Source of the DNA: Anthoceros angustus
Taxonomy: Eukaryota; Plantae; Anthocerotophyta
NCBI GenBank assembly: GCA_010909165.1
Contig: MU008178.1
Coordinates: forward strand, 880,369 to 944,368
Length of the DNA: 64,000 bases
Reading direction: 5' to 3'
In this document: positions 48,701 through 59,669 of the stretch, in pieces
Layout of the letters: each line of letters starts with the position of its first letter
Position numbering within the stretch: the first letter of the stretch is position 1
Translations under genes and position numbers: made by a program
The notes under the pieces: generated by a model
What the model was told of the DNA's origin: nothing
The model's input: the letters and a program-made list of their open reading frames with translations, nothing else
The model's database searches: none

Positions 48701-51284
48701 GTCGATCTGACTTTGCCTATTACCACGCCGAGCTCCCGGCGAGAAGCCTCTCGACTCACAGACGGACGGACCCCGGAAGGCTCAAGGAGATGAAGGCCAC
48801 GGGACAAAGACAGGACCCTAGTGGCCCTGCTTGGAGATGACGGAGCGCGGAGAGGAGCAACCGGAGGAGCGTAACGAGGGAGCGGATGCGATCGAGGTAA
48901 GCACCCCGACCTCACCATGGAAGGAGGGCCAACGGGGAGTCACCGGGCGATCGGGAACAGCTGGAGGACTTCGAGGGAGAGCCACGAGGAGTCCCGTGAG
49001 GGAGGAAACCCGGTGGGCGTGAGTCCTGACTTTGTCCGGACTCAGGGAGGGACCAAGTCCGGACTAATAAGTCCGACTCAAGTCCGGAGCCCCGACTCAA
49101 GTCCGGACTGTGACAACTGACCGAGGCCGCCTTGTAGCCTCGTGATACGCCCGGCCCCACCACAACCGCAGGAGAGGTGGCCCAACAAGCCGGGCAAAAG
49201 ACCTCCTAACACTTATGGCGGAGGGAGTATCGGTGCCCGCACACGTGGAAGAGGCAATTCAACAAGTCGATCTGACTTTGCCTATTACCACGCCGAGCTC
49301 CCGGCGAGAAGCCTCCTCGACGCAGAAACGGACGGACCTCGGAAGGCTCAAGGAGATGAAGGCCACGGGACAAAGACAGGACCCTAGTGGCCCTGCTTGG
49401 AGATGACGGAGAGGCGGAGAGGAGCAACCGGAGGAGCAGTAACGAGGGAGCGGATGCGATCGAGGTAAGCACCCCGACCTCACCATGGAAGGAGGGGCCA
49501 ACGGGGAGTCACCGGGCGATCGGGAACAGCTGGAGGACTTCGAGGGAGAGCCACGAGGAGTCCCGTGAGGGAGGAAACCCGGTGGGCGTGAGTCCTGACT
49601 TTGTCCGGACTCAGGGAGGGACCAAGTCCGGACTAATAAGTCCGACTCAAGTCCGGAGCCCGACTCAAGTCCGGACTGTGACAACTGACCGAGGCCGCCT
49701 TGTAGCCTCGCGTGATCTGACCGGCTCCAGTATCCGTCTGGCGGGAGGTGGCCCAACAAGCCGGGCCCCTCGGAACACTTATGGCGGAGGGAGTATCGGT
49801 GCCCGCACACGTGGAAGAGGCAATTCAACAAGTCGATTCGGACTTTGCCTATTACCACGCCGAGCTCCGAAGGCGAGAAGCCTCTCGGCCCGCAGACGGA
49901 CCTGGAAGGCTCGAGGAAGGAGATGAAGGCCACGGGACAAAGACAGGACCCTAGTGGCCCTGCTTGGAGATGACGGAGCGCGGAGAGGAGCAAGGAGGAG
50001 CGAGCGAGGCGGCGGATGCGGCGAGGTAAGCACCCGCACCTCACCATGGAAGGAGGGCCAGCGAGTCGAGGCGATCGGGAACAGCTGGAGGACTTGAGAG
50101 CCACGGAGGAGTCCCGTGAGGGAGGAAACCGGGTGGGCGTGAGTCCGGACTTTGTCCGGACCCCGGAGGCCGGACCACAAGTCCGGACCTCGGTAAGTCC
50201 GGACCACAAGTCCGGACCCCGTAATAAGTCCGGACCACAGTCCGGACCCGTGTCGTCGGACCGAGGTCCGGACCTGAGACAAGGTCGGACCTAGCCGACC
50301 GAATAAGCCGGACTCAAGTTCTGTGAGTCGAGACAGACCTCGAGGACCGGATCGCAAGAAGGAGGAGCCCCTTCGACTTACGCTTAGGGGAGCCGATAGC
50401 GGCCCCACCGCCAAGGACCTGTGGAGGCCAGGGAGGATGACGCCGTGGTAACGGGCGGTTGTCGACCGTCACGAGCCCAACCCGATGTGATTCCGGAGAG
50501 GAGGGGCCCTCACGGATCATCCGATTGGGTGCACCACAACCGCTGACGGGGATTGACCACCCATTCCGAGGCGGGCCTGTGACCTTCCCCCACAATGGCA
50601 AGGAGATAGGGGGGAGATGGTAGGCGGCCGATTAGGTATACCGAAATGGGCTATCACCGTAATAGGGGTGTAATAAAGACGCCACCTTGGGCGCAGATAA
50701 GAGGGCCGAGGTCGCCTAGTAAAGCATCTTTCTCTTGGTGTTGATGCTGCTGCGCACTTTGTGAGTCTTCTTGCTAACGTGAGTCCCGAGTCACCGAAAG
50801 GTGCACGATGCCCGGGAGATTGATCAAGGTCCCGTGACGACTTAACGCTTGTGGTGTGTGCAGGAAGGGTGATCGTGACCGCGTCGCCCCGAGCCGCGTC
50901 CGCACCTGACCGAACGGTGAGCCGGAGGAACTCCGGAGGGCGTGTAGAGCCCGGACGAGAGGCCCGCGAACGACGAGGAGGTCCGGATCACAGAATCGCA
51001 AGGCCTTTTCTAAGATCAAGAGTGTAGCGTGAGGGAGAGAGGAAAGGATCGATGCGTGAGGGATGTATGAACGATACGGACGCGAACGGGTCCTTAAACG
51101 CTTGGCCATACCGGCCCGTTTGAACGGTGAGAAGTTAGAGTATGTGTGTGAGACCGAACGAGCGCTAAGGACGGTAAGAATCACCAAACGCGTAAACGCC
51201 TATCATTCCCTTGGGAACGGACTTCTTCCTACAACGACACGGATTGTGCGCGCTACCGCCGCCATCAAGAAAAGTCACGCCACA
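45702..51284 (+). mobile_element. 3' LTR (~5.58 kb)
   Basis: TGTGGGCTATGCAC...GTCACGCCACA, followed by TSD AAGA. Confidence 0.93.
46320..49050 (+). pseudogene. LTR-embedded accessory ORF, 3' LTR copy
   Basis: ATG at 46320 (MAPKSRSLGAMD). GRIIFAC...DPIPIHVWGHFELLKEGELE (46795..46983), SKELDAAAAYEPEEVRAWTEVSDR (48194..48445) and NTYGEGVSVPAHVEEA (48535..48840). Confidence 0.65.
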
Positions 51285-51288
51285 AAGA

Positions 51289-51935
51289 CATGAGGTCGGT
51301 CCCCATGTAAAGGAGTTGGCAAACTTATCTATGCCGCCAACACTACACTTATGATGTAGCTTACACCATAAGTGTGCTCGCAATACCGAGAACCCCGTCA
51401 AACGACCGGATCAGTGTTAAGAGGGTGGTTAGGTATCTCAAGGAACATCCAACATTGGGATTCGATTCGACACATACCGCACACCACTTGAGCCGGACGT
51501 ATATCGACTCCGATTATGCCGGTGACATAGATACACGGAGGTCGTTGTCCGCACGTTGTCATGGTGGCAGGAGGGCCCATATGCTGGTCAAGCAAGAAGC
51601 AACCAATGCTGTAACTTCCAAAGACCGTCAATATCGGGTCCTCACATCTCCGCTAAAGAAATAGCTTGGCAAGCTAATGTTTAAGGAGCTGATTGCCACC
51701 CTACTTGCACCACTATTAGAACCGACAACCAAGGATCCATGAACTCGCTAAGAACCCTGCTTTTCACTCCCAAGACAGCATGTGGAAGTGGAATACCACT
51801 TCATTAGGGATCTTATCAAATCGTCCGATTACACCGAGTATGTACCAACAGCATAATCCAAAGCAGATTTGTTCACAAAAGCCCCGAGTAGGGACGCACA
51901 ACAGCACATGAAGAGTTTAGGCATGGGCAGCCACG
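51289..51935 (+). pseudogene. Copia pol, 3' part (RT end and RNase H)
   Basis: MRSVP...GVGKLIYA, DRISVKRVVRYLK, YIDSDYAGDIDTRRSLS (ORF 51374..51664), VEVEYHFIRDLI (~51782) and ADLFTK. Confidence 0.9.
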
Positions 51936-52035
51936 AGGGCTACCCAGAGGCCAAGCAAAACCAATCCTAACCTAGCCTATGAGCTAGAATGCCCCAATCA
52001 CACTGTCACATCGGATCATCATAGCTTGGGAGAGA

Positions 52036-54830
52036 TCAGAAGGACCTCCCACTCAGAGTAGAGGAGTCTCAAATCTTCTCCCAAGATGCATAGCTGTCCG
52101 ATGAAGTAGAGAATGTCTCACCACCTTAACGAGGGAGTTTCTTCTCTTTCTCTCCTCGTAGGAGATCCTCTCCTTGGTGCCCGGCTCTCCTCCTCGCCTG
52201 CTGCCTCGATCCCGTGAGGGGCGAGTGGAGTCATAGGAAAAGGTAGTGAATTCATGCCGGCTGCACTGCAGGGGTTTAGGAAAAATTGGCAAACTAAATG
52301 TGGCAGAAAGGATTCTGCCCAAACAGGAAGAGTAATACTTACTATAGAAGCTTATGATGTGGTTATCAAAGCCTAGACAGTTCTGGACACGGACTCTCAC
52401 CATCTTCAGGCCTGTGACCAAGCACCTGTACCAAATAGGGCTGCCTGGGAACCGAGCACAACCGAGGGTAACAATTTTCGTCTCCGACGACTCGTTCTTA
52501 GGCTCGGGGAACTTGGGTGGTGCAGGAGGATGTGGCTCGCCAGATGAATACTTGAACTCACCCTTCTCGCACTGCGCATCAAAGCTCGAGAAAATAAGCG
52601 GCTTACAGTGCTGGGGTGCGAGGCGGCGAGGTGGAGCTCCCATCTCGGGTCTTCCCGCAGGGGCTCTTGCTCCACTTGCAGTGCGGTGCCGGCGCCGCCT
52701 CAAGCACGGCGTTCGTTGTTCCGGCTGCCCTAGGGCCCGCCAAGACCCAGTGGCCGCTGAGTGGTTACTCCCTTTGCCTCGGCTCGGGAGATGGAGGCGT
52801 CGTTCTAGCTGCAAACCTACCTAGAGCATCCTCCGGTAGACACGGCGCGGTGAGGACAGTCCACAGACTCAAGATGAAGACATCTTGCCTAGGAGCTTGG
52901 TCGCTCTAGAAGGCGAAAGAATGAAGACCGGAACGTAAAGGCAAGCTATTATGCTTATGGCACACCTGCAGGCCGCCTTCTGCAGGCATTCCATTACGCT
53001 CGGTTGGGGCTGATCGCTGGGCATCAAACGAAGCTCGAGAAAATAATCGCTTACAGGGTGCAGGGCGACGAGGTGGAGCTCCCATCTCGGGTCTTCCCGC
53101 AGGGGCTCTTGCTCCACTTGCCGCACTGCCGCCCCGCCTCAAGCACGGCGTTGTCCTTTCCTCGCCCCTGGGCTGGGCCCGCCAAGACTGGCTCACCGAG
53201 TGGTTACTCCCTTTGCCTCACCGGGAGATGGAGGCTGCTCTAGCCGCAGCGCAAACCTACCTAGAGCATCCTCCGTAGACACGGCCAAGGTGAGGACAGT
53301 CCACAGACAAGATGAAGACATCTTGCCTAGGAGCTCACCACGCCTAGAAGTCGTGGAAAGAATGAAGACCGAACGAAAGGCAAGCTATTATGCTTATGGC
53401 ACACCTGCAGGCCGCCACAGTAGCTGCTCCATTACGCCTGGGCTGGTCGCCTGCACAACTGTACACACACGCACTCAAGCTCAACGCTGATGCCGCAAGG
53501 TGCTCGCGGAGAAGAAGACACTATGCAATAATCAACAAGTGGGAGTATTGAAGATAGAGTGTTGAGTTATTACTATAGTTATTATATCTAGTGTATGTGT
53601 GTATATAGCTTTAATTTATTTAGCTTACCCTTTCATTAGGTTACGTCCCTAGGCCAAAGGTCATGTCTCTTGGCTACTAGAATAAGTCTAGTTGCTACAA
53701 TCAATTTACTAATGCTTTCTTGTATATCTACAATAATGTAATTGATAAATACTCAATTGGTTTGCACCATTTCCATATGTAATTTCACCTTAATCTGAAC
53801 AGAAGAGTAATACTTACTATAGAAGCTTATGATGTGGTCATCAAAGCCCGGACGGGATGACCTGACTCACCATCTCAGTCGTGACCAAGCACTGCACTAA
53901 ATAGGGTCACGGGAACCGAGCACAACCGAGGGTAATAATTTCGCCTCCGACGACTGCTCTAGGCTCGGGAACTTGGGTGGTGCAGAGGATGTGGCTCGCC
54001 AGATGAATACTTGAACTCACCCTTCGCACCCGCGGCATCAAACGAAGCTCGAGAAAATAATCGGCTTACAGTGCCGGGTGCGACGAGGTGGAGCTCCCAT
54101 CTCGGGTCTTCCCGCAGGGGCTCTTGCTCCACTTGCCGCACTGCCGCACTGCCGCACGCCGGCGCCGCCTCAAGCACGGCGTTTGTCTTTTCTACCGCCT
54201 AGGGGCGCTGGGCCCGCCAAAGACCACGGGCCACCGAGTGGTTACTCCTTTGCCTCACCGGAGATGGAGGCATGTTTCAGCGCAAACCTACCTAGAGCAT
54301 CCTCCGTAGACACGGCGCTAAGTGTGAGGACAGTCCATGCATCAAGATGAAGACATCTTGCCTAGGAGCTTAAATACGCCTAGCTTGAAAGAATGAAGAC
54401 CGGAACGAAAGGCAAGCTATTATGCTTATGGCACCTGCAGGCCGCTTTCACATGTAGTGCTCCATTACGCCGGGGCCGGCCGTCACTGGGTCAAAACCTG
54501 CACACACGCACTCAAGCTCAATCACATACCTCGCACAAGGTGCTCATGGAGAAGAAGATCGAATTATGCAATAATCAACAAGTGGGAGTATTGAAGATAG
54601 AGTGTTGAGTTATTACTCATAGTTATTATATCTAGTGTATGTGTGTATATAGCTTTAATTTATTTAGCTTACCCTTTCATTAGGGTTACGTCCCTAGGCC
54701 AAAGGTCATGTCTCTTGGCTACTAGAACAAGTCTAGTTGCTACAATCAATGTACTAATGCTTTCTTGTATATCTACAATAATGTAATTGATAAATACTCA
54801 ATTGGTTTGCACCATTTCCATATTTCGTAA
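52036..54830 (+). mobile_element. Copia 3' LTR region with internal tandem duplications (start approximate)
   Basis: The end matches the 5' LTR tail. 52321-53782 and 53797-54830 are tandem copies (both start GAAGAGTAATACTTACTATAGAAGC), and a further inner repeat (~52580-52990 vs ~53030-53420) sits in the first copy. Confidence 0.7.
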
Positions 54831-55635
54831 TTCTCACTGTGAATCTTAGCTGTAAGAAAAGGAACTCACCTCGGAGTTGATGAGCGTGGAAAGTTCTTTT
54901 TGTCACTACCGTATCCTGAGGGGTGATTCGGCATTAATTAATTAAAATTAGTAAAATTGAAAAATCTAAAATTATTATACTTGAAATGCTGAATATGTAA
55001 AAAATTACGAGTCTAAGATGCTGAAAACAAGGAAACTAGGGTTTGTGTGGAAAATTAGGGCTTGTTTAGGGTAGGTCTATACATATCCATTAGTTCTATA
55101 TAGATACCTATGTATTTTAATAAAATTTGAAATTTAATAAATTTATTTTTCATAAATATTGAAATTTTAAAAAATATAAATATTTATGTTGGACCTTATT
55201 TCTTTCAAAAAATAATTATTTCGGCATTATCCAGTTGAACAACCCCTCGGGGTACGATATGAACCTTAGCTGTGACATCTAAAAGTACACACATGTATCC
55301 ATTCTACTTTATGTACTCCGGGGGTAGCGTATCAGTATGGTGGGAACCCTTAATGGGACAGTGTAGTTCCAGGTTTTGGGGCCGAGACTTATTGTTGTTT
55401 TAGAGGAAGAGAACCGATTCTTATCCCATTTCCATTTCCAACTCACTTACCTAGTCACGAGGAGAACGTGTGATGACACTTTTAATTTACTTTTAATTTT
55501 TAATTTTTATAATTAAATAAAAATTATGACTAAGACAACTCATTTCAGTAGTGATTCACTCCAAAGAAGTTCGATTACGAAATTAAAAAACTTTATTGTC
55601 TAAAGAACTTCAATAATGTTCTTAACTTTGTATAT

Positions 55636-56555
55636 TTGGTATGTCCAAACTGTCCTTTTATACAAGATTCACTGCCCAGTATTCAGGCGTTCTGCTTCGC
55701 ACCAACAACTTTTTCTACTGCGATGCGTTTTTGCCTAGGCTTGGTCCATCCTCTGGCTTGCTCTCTTTCAACTTGTAGCAGCAGGGCTCCTCTCGATGAC
55801 TCCAGGACGTACTTGGCTCGCTGTCCTGCGGGTTGGCAGCGTATCGCCATGCATGACGCCTTCCGGAACGTCATGTTCTCTATTGCTAGGGAAGGTGGGT
55901 TCCTTCTATTGAGGGAGCGTCCTTACACCCTGCTCACCGGGGTTTCGCTTAGGGCTGATCTATTTTTGACCCGGCGGGATCAAGTTCCGGTTGCTAATGT
56001 GGTTGTACCAGACCCCACCCGGGAGATTGTCTGCGAACATGCTATCCTTAACCCTCCAAGTTGGGCGGCGGAGGGATGCGCGATAGCTAAGGTCCACAAG
56101 TACTCTCCTAGGCAGGACGACCACGCCTTCGTCCCTCTTACCATTGAGACTCACGGAGCCATGGGCAAGGATTTCTCCAGGTTCGTCAAGGCCTTCTCCA
56201 AGGCTTATCACAGCCGCAAGAATGGGGTTGGCCTCCCCCTTTCTTGTATTGTTGCTTTCTTCCGGCAGAGGGTTTCCGTCGCTTTGTAGAGGGCATTGGT
56301 CAACGCAGTGTACAGAACGACAATGAGTGCGGGAGATGCAGCTTCTTCGACACCGATGGTAAGTAGGTCTTTTTCACATCCCAGACCACAAAGTTCTTCG
56401 GGCGGTTGGTAGTTTTGAAATGCGTGATCATGGGGGCTAATCCCCCTGGCATGGTGCTCTTCATTGGGTTTTTCCCCCTTTGTTGGGGTGGATGGTTTTT
56501 CCCATCTCTTTTTTGTAGTAAAGTCTCCTTTTCTTCTTTAAGACAAGAAAAAAAC
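55636..56555 (+). mobile_element. 5'-truncated CRE-clade non-LTR retrotransposon (zinc-knuckle plus restriction-like endonuclease plus 3' UTR)
   Basis: ORF 55636..56289: FSTAMRFCLGL...RCPAGWQRIAMHDAFRN...RADL...VVVPDPT...AKVHKYS...FVPLTIETHG...FRQRVSVAL. These are the HD, PD-like, D-x-x-x-D-P and K..KY motifs of the REL domain. Confidence 0.85.
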
Positions 56556-58860
56556 AGGTTTTTATTGAGGTGAAAAACCGATGGGAAAAGCCCATCCAGA
56601 AGGGGACAACCAAAGGGGACCAGGGGGTCGAGGTGGAGAGGAGCAACTAAACTCCCTACCTAAAGTCACCTACTGCACCGACAATGTCATATGCAGGAAG
56701 AATAAACGGCCTGCAAACCGCGGAGGTAGAGGAAGATGCGTCACCTACTGTCGCCGCCTTGTGGAGGATCGCTGTTGAGAGCGCCCGTTGCAGGGCAATT
56801 GAAACCGCTGTCAAGTATGCCGAAGTACGAGAGGACAAGCACTGCAGGTTCATACAAGAGCATGGTTTTGCACAGGACTTGACAAATTTGTCAAAGTCCT
56901 CAGCCCAATGTTGCCCCATACATTTCTAGTGCAAGCAGAATAAAGAGGTGGCCCGCTTGCATCCCGCTATATTTATGACCTTGAGAGTGCCGGCGGCAGC
57001 CCCAACCTCGGACGGTTAGTGATGACCGAGCGAGATGGTGTCTCATGTAGGATCAAGAACCACCACATCTCGCCACGAAACCGTCGCCACGGACAAGGCT
57101 GGGCCACCGATTGAACGACCAGTACGGAGAGTATGCACCCGTTCCCTCTAGGCCATGTAGCTGCTTTCACGAGCGATGGCGAACATGACATCGCTGGATG
57201 GCATCGTGAGTGGCAATGCGATGACTGTGGACGAGCAAGGTGTACCCTGTAATCATCGAGGCGAGCCGCACTCGCAAGTAAGGAACGAAGCCACAGTCGA
57301 GGCCAAGACGGAATCGCATTGCAGTAGTGAAGGTGGTTGGTGCGATGTGAAAACCCCATATGCATGGGCGGGCCAGTAGCCAAGCATCGCCATTGCTCAC
57401 TATAGGGCGATACACAGGTGGCCTTTGGAATTCTTTCCTCCTGTTTTGCTAGGCGCCCTCGTTACCTCATCCGTACGCTACCTCCGTCCCCAACCCTTTT
57501 GTCCCGGCTGCGGCGGTTTGATAGGAAGATTATGGATACTCTTGGGGACATCCTGGGCTCAGGGGCTTTTGAGTGCCCTATGGGCGATCCGCCCGGCAGC
57601 GCCCCTACTGCAATTTGGAGGCACAGTCTACTCGTTGGAGGTCTCTTCCGGCGGCTTTCGGGCAATTGGGCCTCTTTGCCCTCGCTGGCTCGATTCATCC
57701 TCCATGTGCCCTTTCGGAGGATCTCGACTGTGTGGAGGAGGGAACCTTCTCCTCCAAACGTCCTGAGGCAAGCTTAGGACATGTTATGGATGCTCGGCGA
57801 CTTCCCTCCTTTCTCGACATTTATTACTAATGGTTTCAGGGGTTGTGCATCCTCGCCGAGAAGCAACTGGCTTTCAGCCTCCAAGACCCCTCCATCCCCA
57901 GGTCCACAAGAGCGCGGCTCCCCTCTTGTTCTAGGAAGGGCGCACTCCTAGAGATGGTATTGAAGGCATTCTCGACATCTACCTGTAAGACCACCCACTC
58001 CGGGTGGGTATAAAGGCATGCCTTCACTCCAAGCACCACAGACTCACAGCCCCCCGGAGTGGCACTGCCAAATTGAAGGGGGTTGAGGTGCTGCTGGAGA
58101 AGGGAGGGGCACTGAAGGGCAATAGTGCGGCTGAGTAGCCGCATGAAGGCTTCCCCGACCGCGAGTGGGCGCACGCTCGAGCTTGGGGCAAGCTTGTCCA
58201 TAGCGACAAGCCTGTTAGCTGCAAGAACATGGGAAATCCGGTGAGGCATCTCACCCCGAGCCACCGCAGCGGCCAGAGAAAAGAGCTTTGGGAAGCCACT
58301 AGATGAATCTTCGGGGAGAAAAAGGTCCCTAAGGTGTTCAAACACCATTCGTGACAACCCAGCAGATGAAAGACGTGGGGTCGTAGAGAGTGCCAGAGCA
58401 AAAGCTACCCGATCCATGGAGAAGGGATCCTCCAGGGCATAGTCGGATATGTCCGGGGGGATGCCATCCTTGGGTGCTAGATGGAGGGCACGGAGGGCAA
58501 CAATGGTCTCTTCAGAAGCGGGGCCGTGGGAGGGTCAAGAGCCTCGGCAACATGAGCATATTCACTGCTGCCAAGCAACTTGCAACGAGGCAAGTTTGTT
58601 GCATTACCGGGACTGTTCCAACCGCCAGGCGGATTCCGCCCAGCCTTACAAAGACGCAAAGCCTCCTCCTGGAGGGATGCCCAGTCACCAGCCCAAAAGC
58701 GCCGAAGACGGCTAACAACTTCCCAATGCCCAGAAGCCCCACCCCTAGTACACTGAAGGCGCCACCGGGGGAGAAGCAGGAGGAGGCACCAAGCTGAAGA
58801 GGCTAAACCAATTCTCTCGAATGTTTCACGAACATCGGGTCTTCGACGTTCCGTGAACAT
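56520..58860 (-). mobile_element. Second CRE-clade non-LTR element, rearranged (RT N-part and REL on minus; post-RT segment inverted)
   Basis: RLRRFWAGDWASLQEEA (58477..58860); RT VRPLAVGEAFMRLLSR...LQFGSATPGGCE...LQVDVENAFNTISR (57836..58417); FTTAMRFRLGL...HDAI (57167..57415); VSIALQRALSTAILHKA (56656..56919); AATAAA at 56566-56561. Confidence 0.85.
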
Positions 58861-59226
58861 ATGGCATTTATATGACTCGTGAAATGTTTAGGAATATGTG
58901 TGTTTGAGTGTTATTGTTCATGATATCTTTAGTTTTATTTTCAAAACTTTTAAAAAATTGGTATGGATATGGACAAGTTTGTTCATGATTAATGATATTA
59001 AAAATAAAAAACTTAATTCGCTTGATGAAATACATGATGAAAGACTCAACATGAGGGGATGCGTGGTTCGGAAGTTAAACATTTTGCTAGCTGAGGTGAG
59101 CTCTTTATTTATCTCAATTTTATGAGCTCTTTATTTACACTGAGTCGGAGGCCTAGATGCTGCTTTAACATTCCCATGGCCAGAGAGAGAGAGCGAGAAC
59201 CATACAACATCGTTGGTGCATAAAAA

Positions 59227-59466
59227 CTAGCCAGCATTGTAACAGTTCCCTTCTAAATTCTATTAATTTTTGGAACCTTTTAGCACGAGATTGTTCTCCG
59301 TTTTTCAGCAGATCATTTTTCAGCAATTGCAGAATATCTTCAACACTTGCCTTGGCTGAGGCAAAGCTTCATTGAACAATGATTTCCTCCAAGACGGAGA
59401 ACAACCTCGTGCTAAGAGGTTTCAGAAATATAGAATTCAGAAGGTAACTACTACAATGCTGGCTAG
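59227..59466. repeat. Long imperfect foldback (MIR-precursor-like or MITE)
   Basis: The left arm CTAGCCAGCATTGTA...TTAGCACGAGATTGTTCTCCGT (59227-59301) pairs with ACGGAGAACAACCTCGTGCTAA...TACAATGCTGGCTAG (59394-59466). The inner region also partly pairs, with apex TTGCCTT-GGCT-GAGGCAA. Confidence 0.8.
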
Positions 59467-59669
59467 CTTTCACGCACACGATGACGTGTACATCTGTGTC
59501 TTAGTGTCGAGAGCAGATTGCTCAAGCTGCAAGGAACAGTAGTATGGAGCAGTGTGCGACCTTTCAAACTCTCCCAATCCTCCACAGAGGCGAGGTCATT
59601 GCCTGAGTACCTACTGTGCTCGCAGCAGCCTGGGAAAATCCTACTCAGGTGATGGAAGTCTCACTTCGC

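Larger units (their letters stand above)
34079..51284 (+). mobile_element. Full-length Ty3/Gypsy element (family 2) with giant LTRs, nested in the Copia RT
   Basis: AAGA TSD at 34075-34078 and 51285-51288, two homologous LTRs, a PBS, gag-PR-RT-RH-INT and a PPT. The Copia reading ...D I E D M R S V P is restored on removal. Confidence 0.92.
29699..54830 (+). mobile_element. Ty1/Copia LTR retrotransposon, degenerate, interrupted by a nested Gypsy element; 5' LTR reduced to its last ~39 bp
   Basis: The 5' LTR tail AAATACTCAATTGGTTTGCACCATTTCCATATTTCGTAA (29699-29737) is identical to 54792-54830. It is followed by a PBS and INT-RT-RH in Copia order. Confidence 0.85.

Noticed and set aside
22814-50414. 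Long antisense ORFs in the LTRs (e.g. 22814..23503 +, 46006..46758 -, 49259..50209 -)
   Set aside because: Expected in GC-rich, stop-poor DNA opposite a coding-like strand; low-complexity L/P/S/R composition and no recognisable motif.
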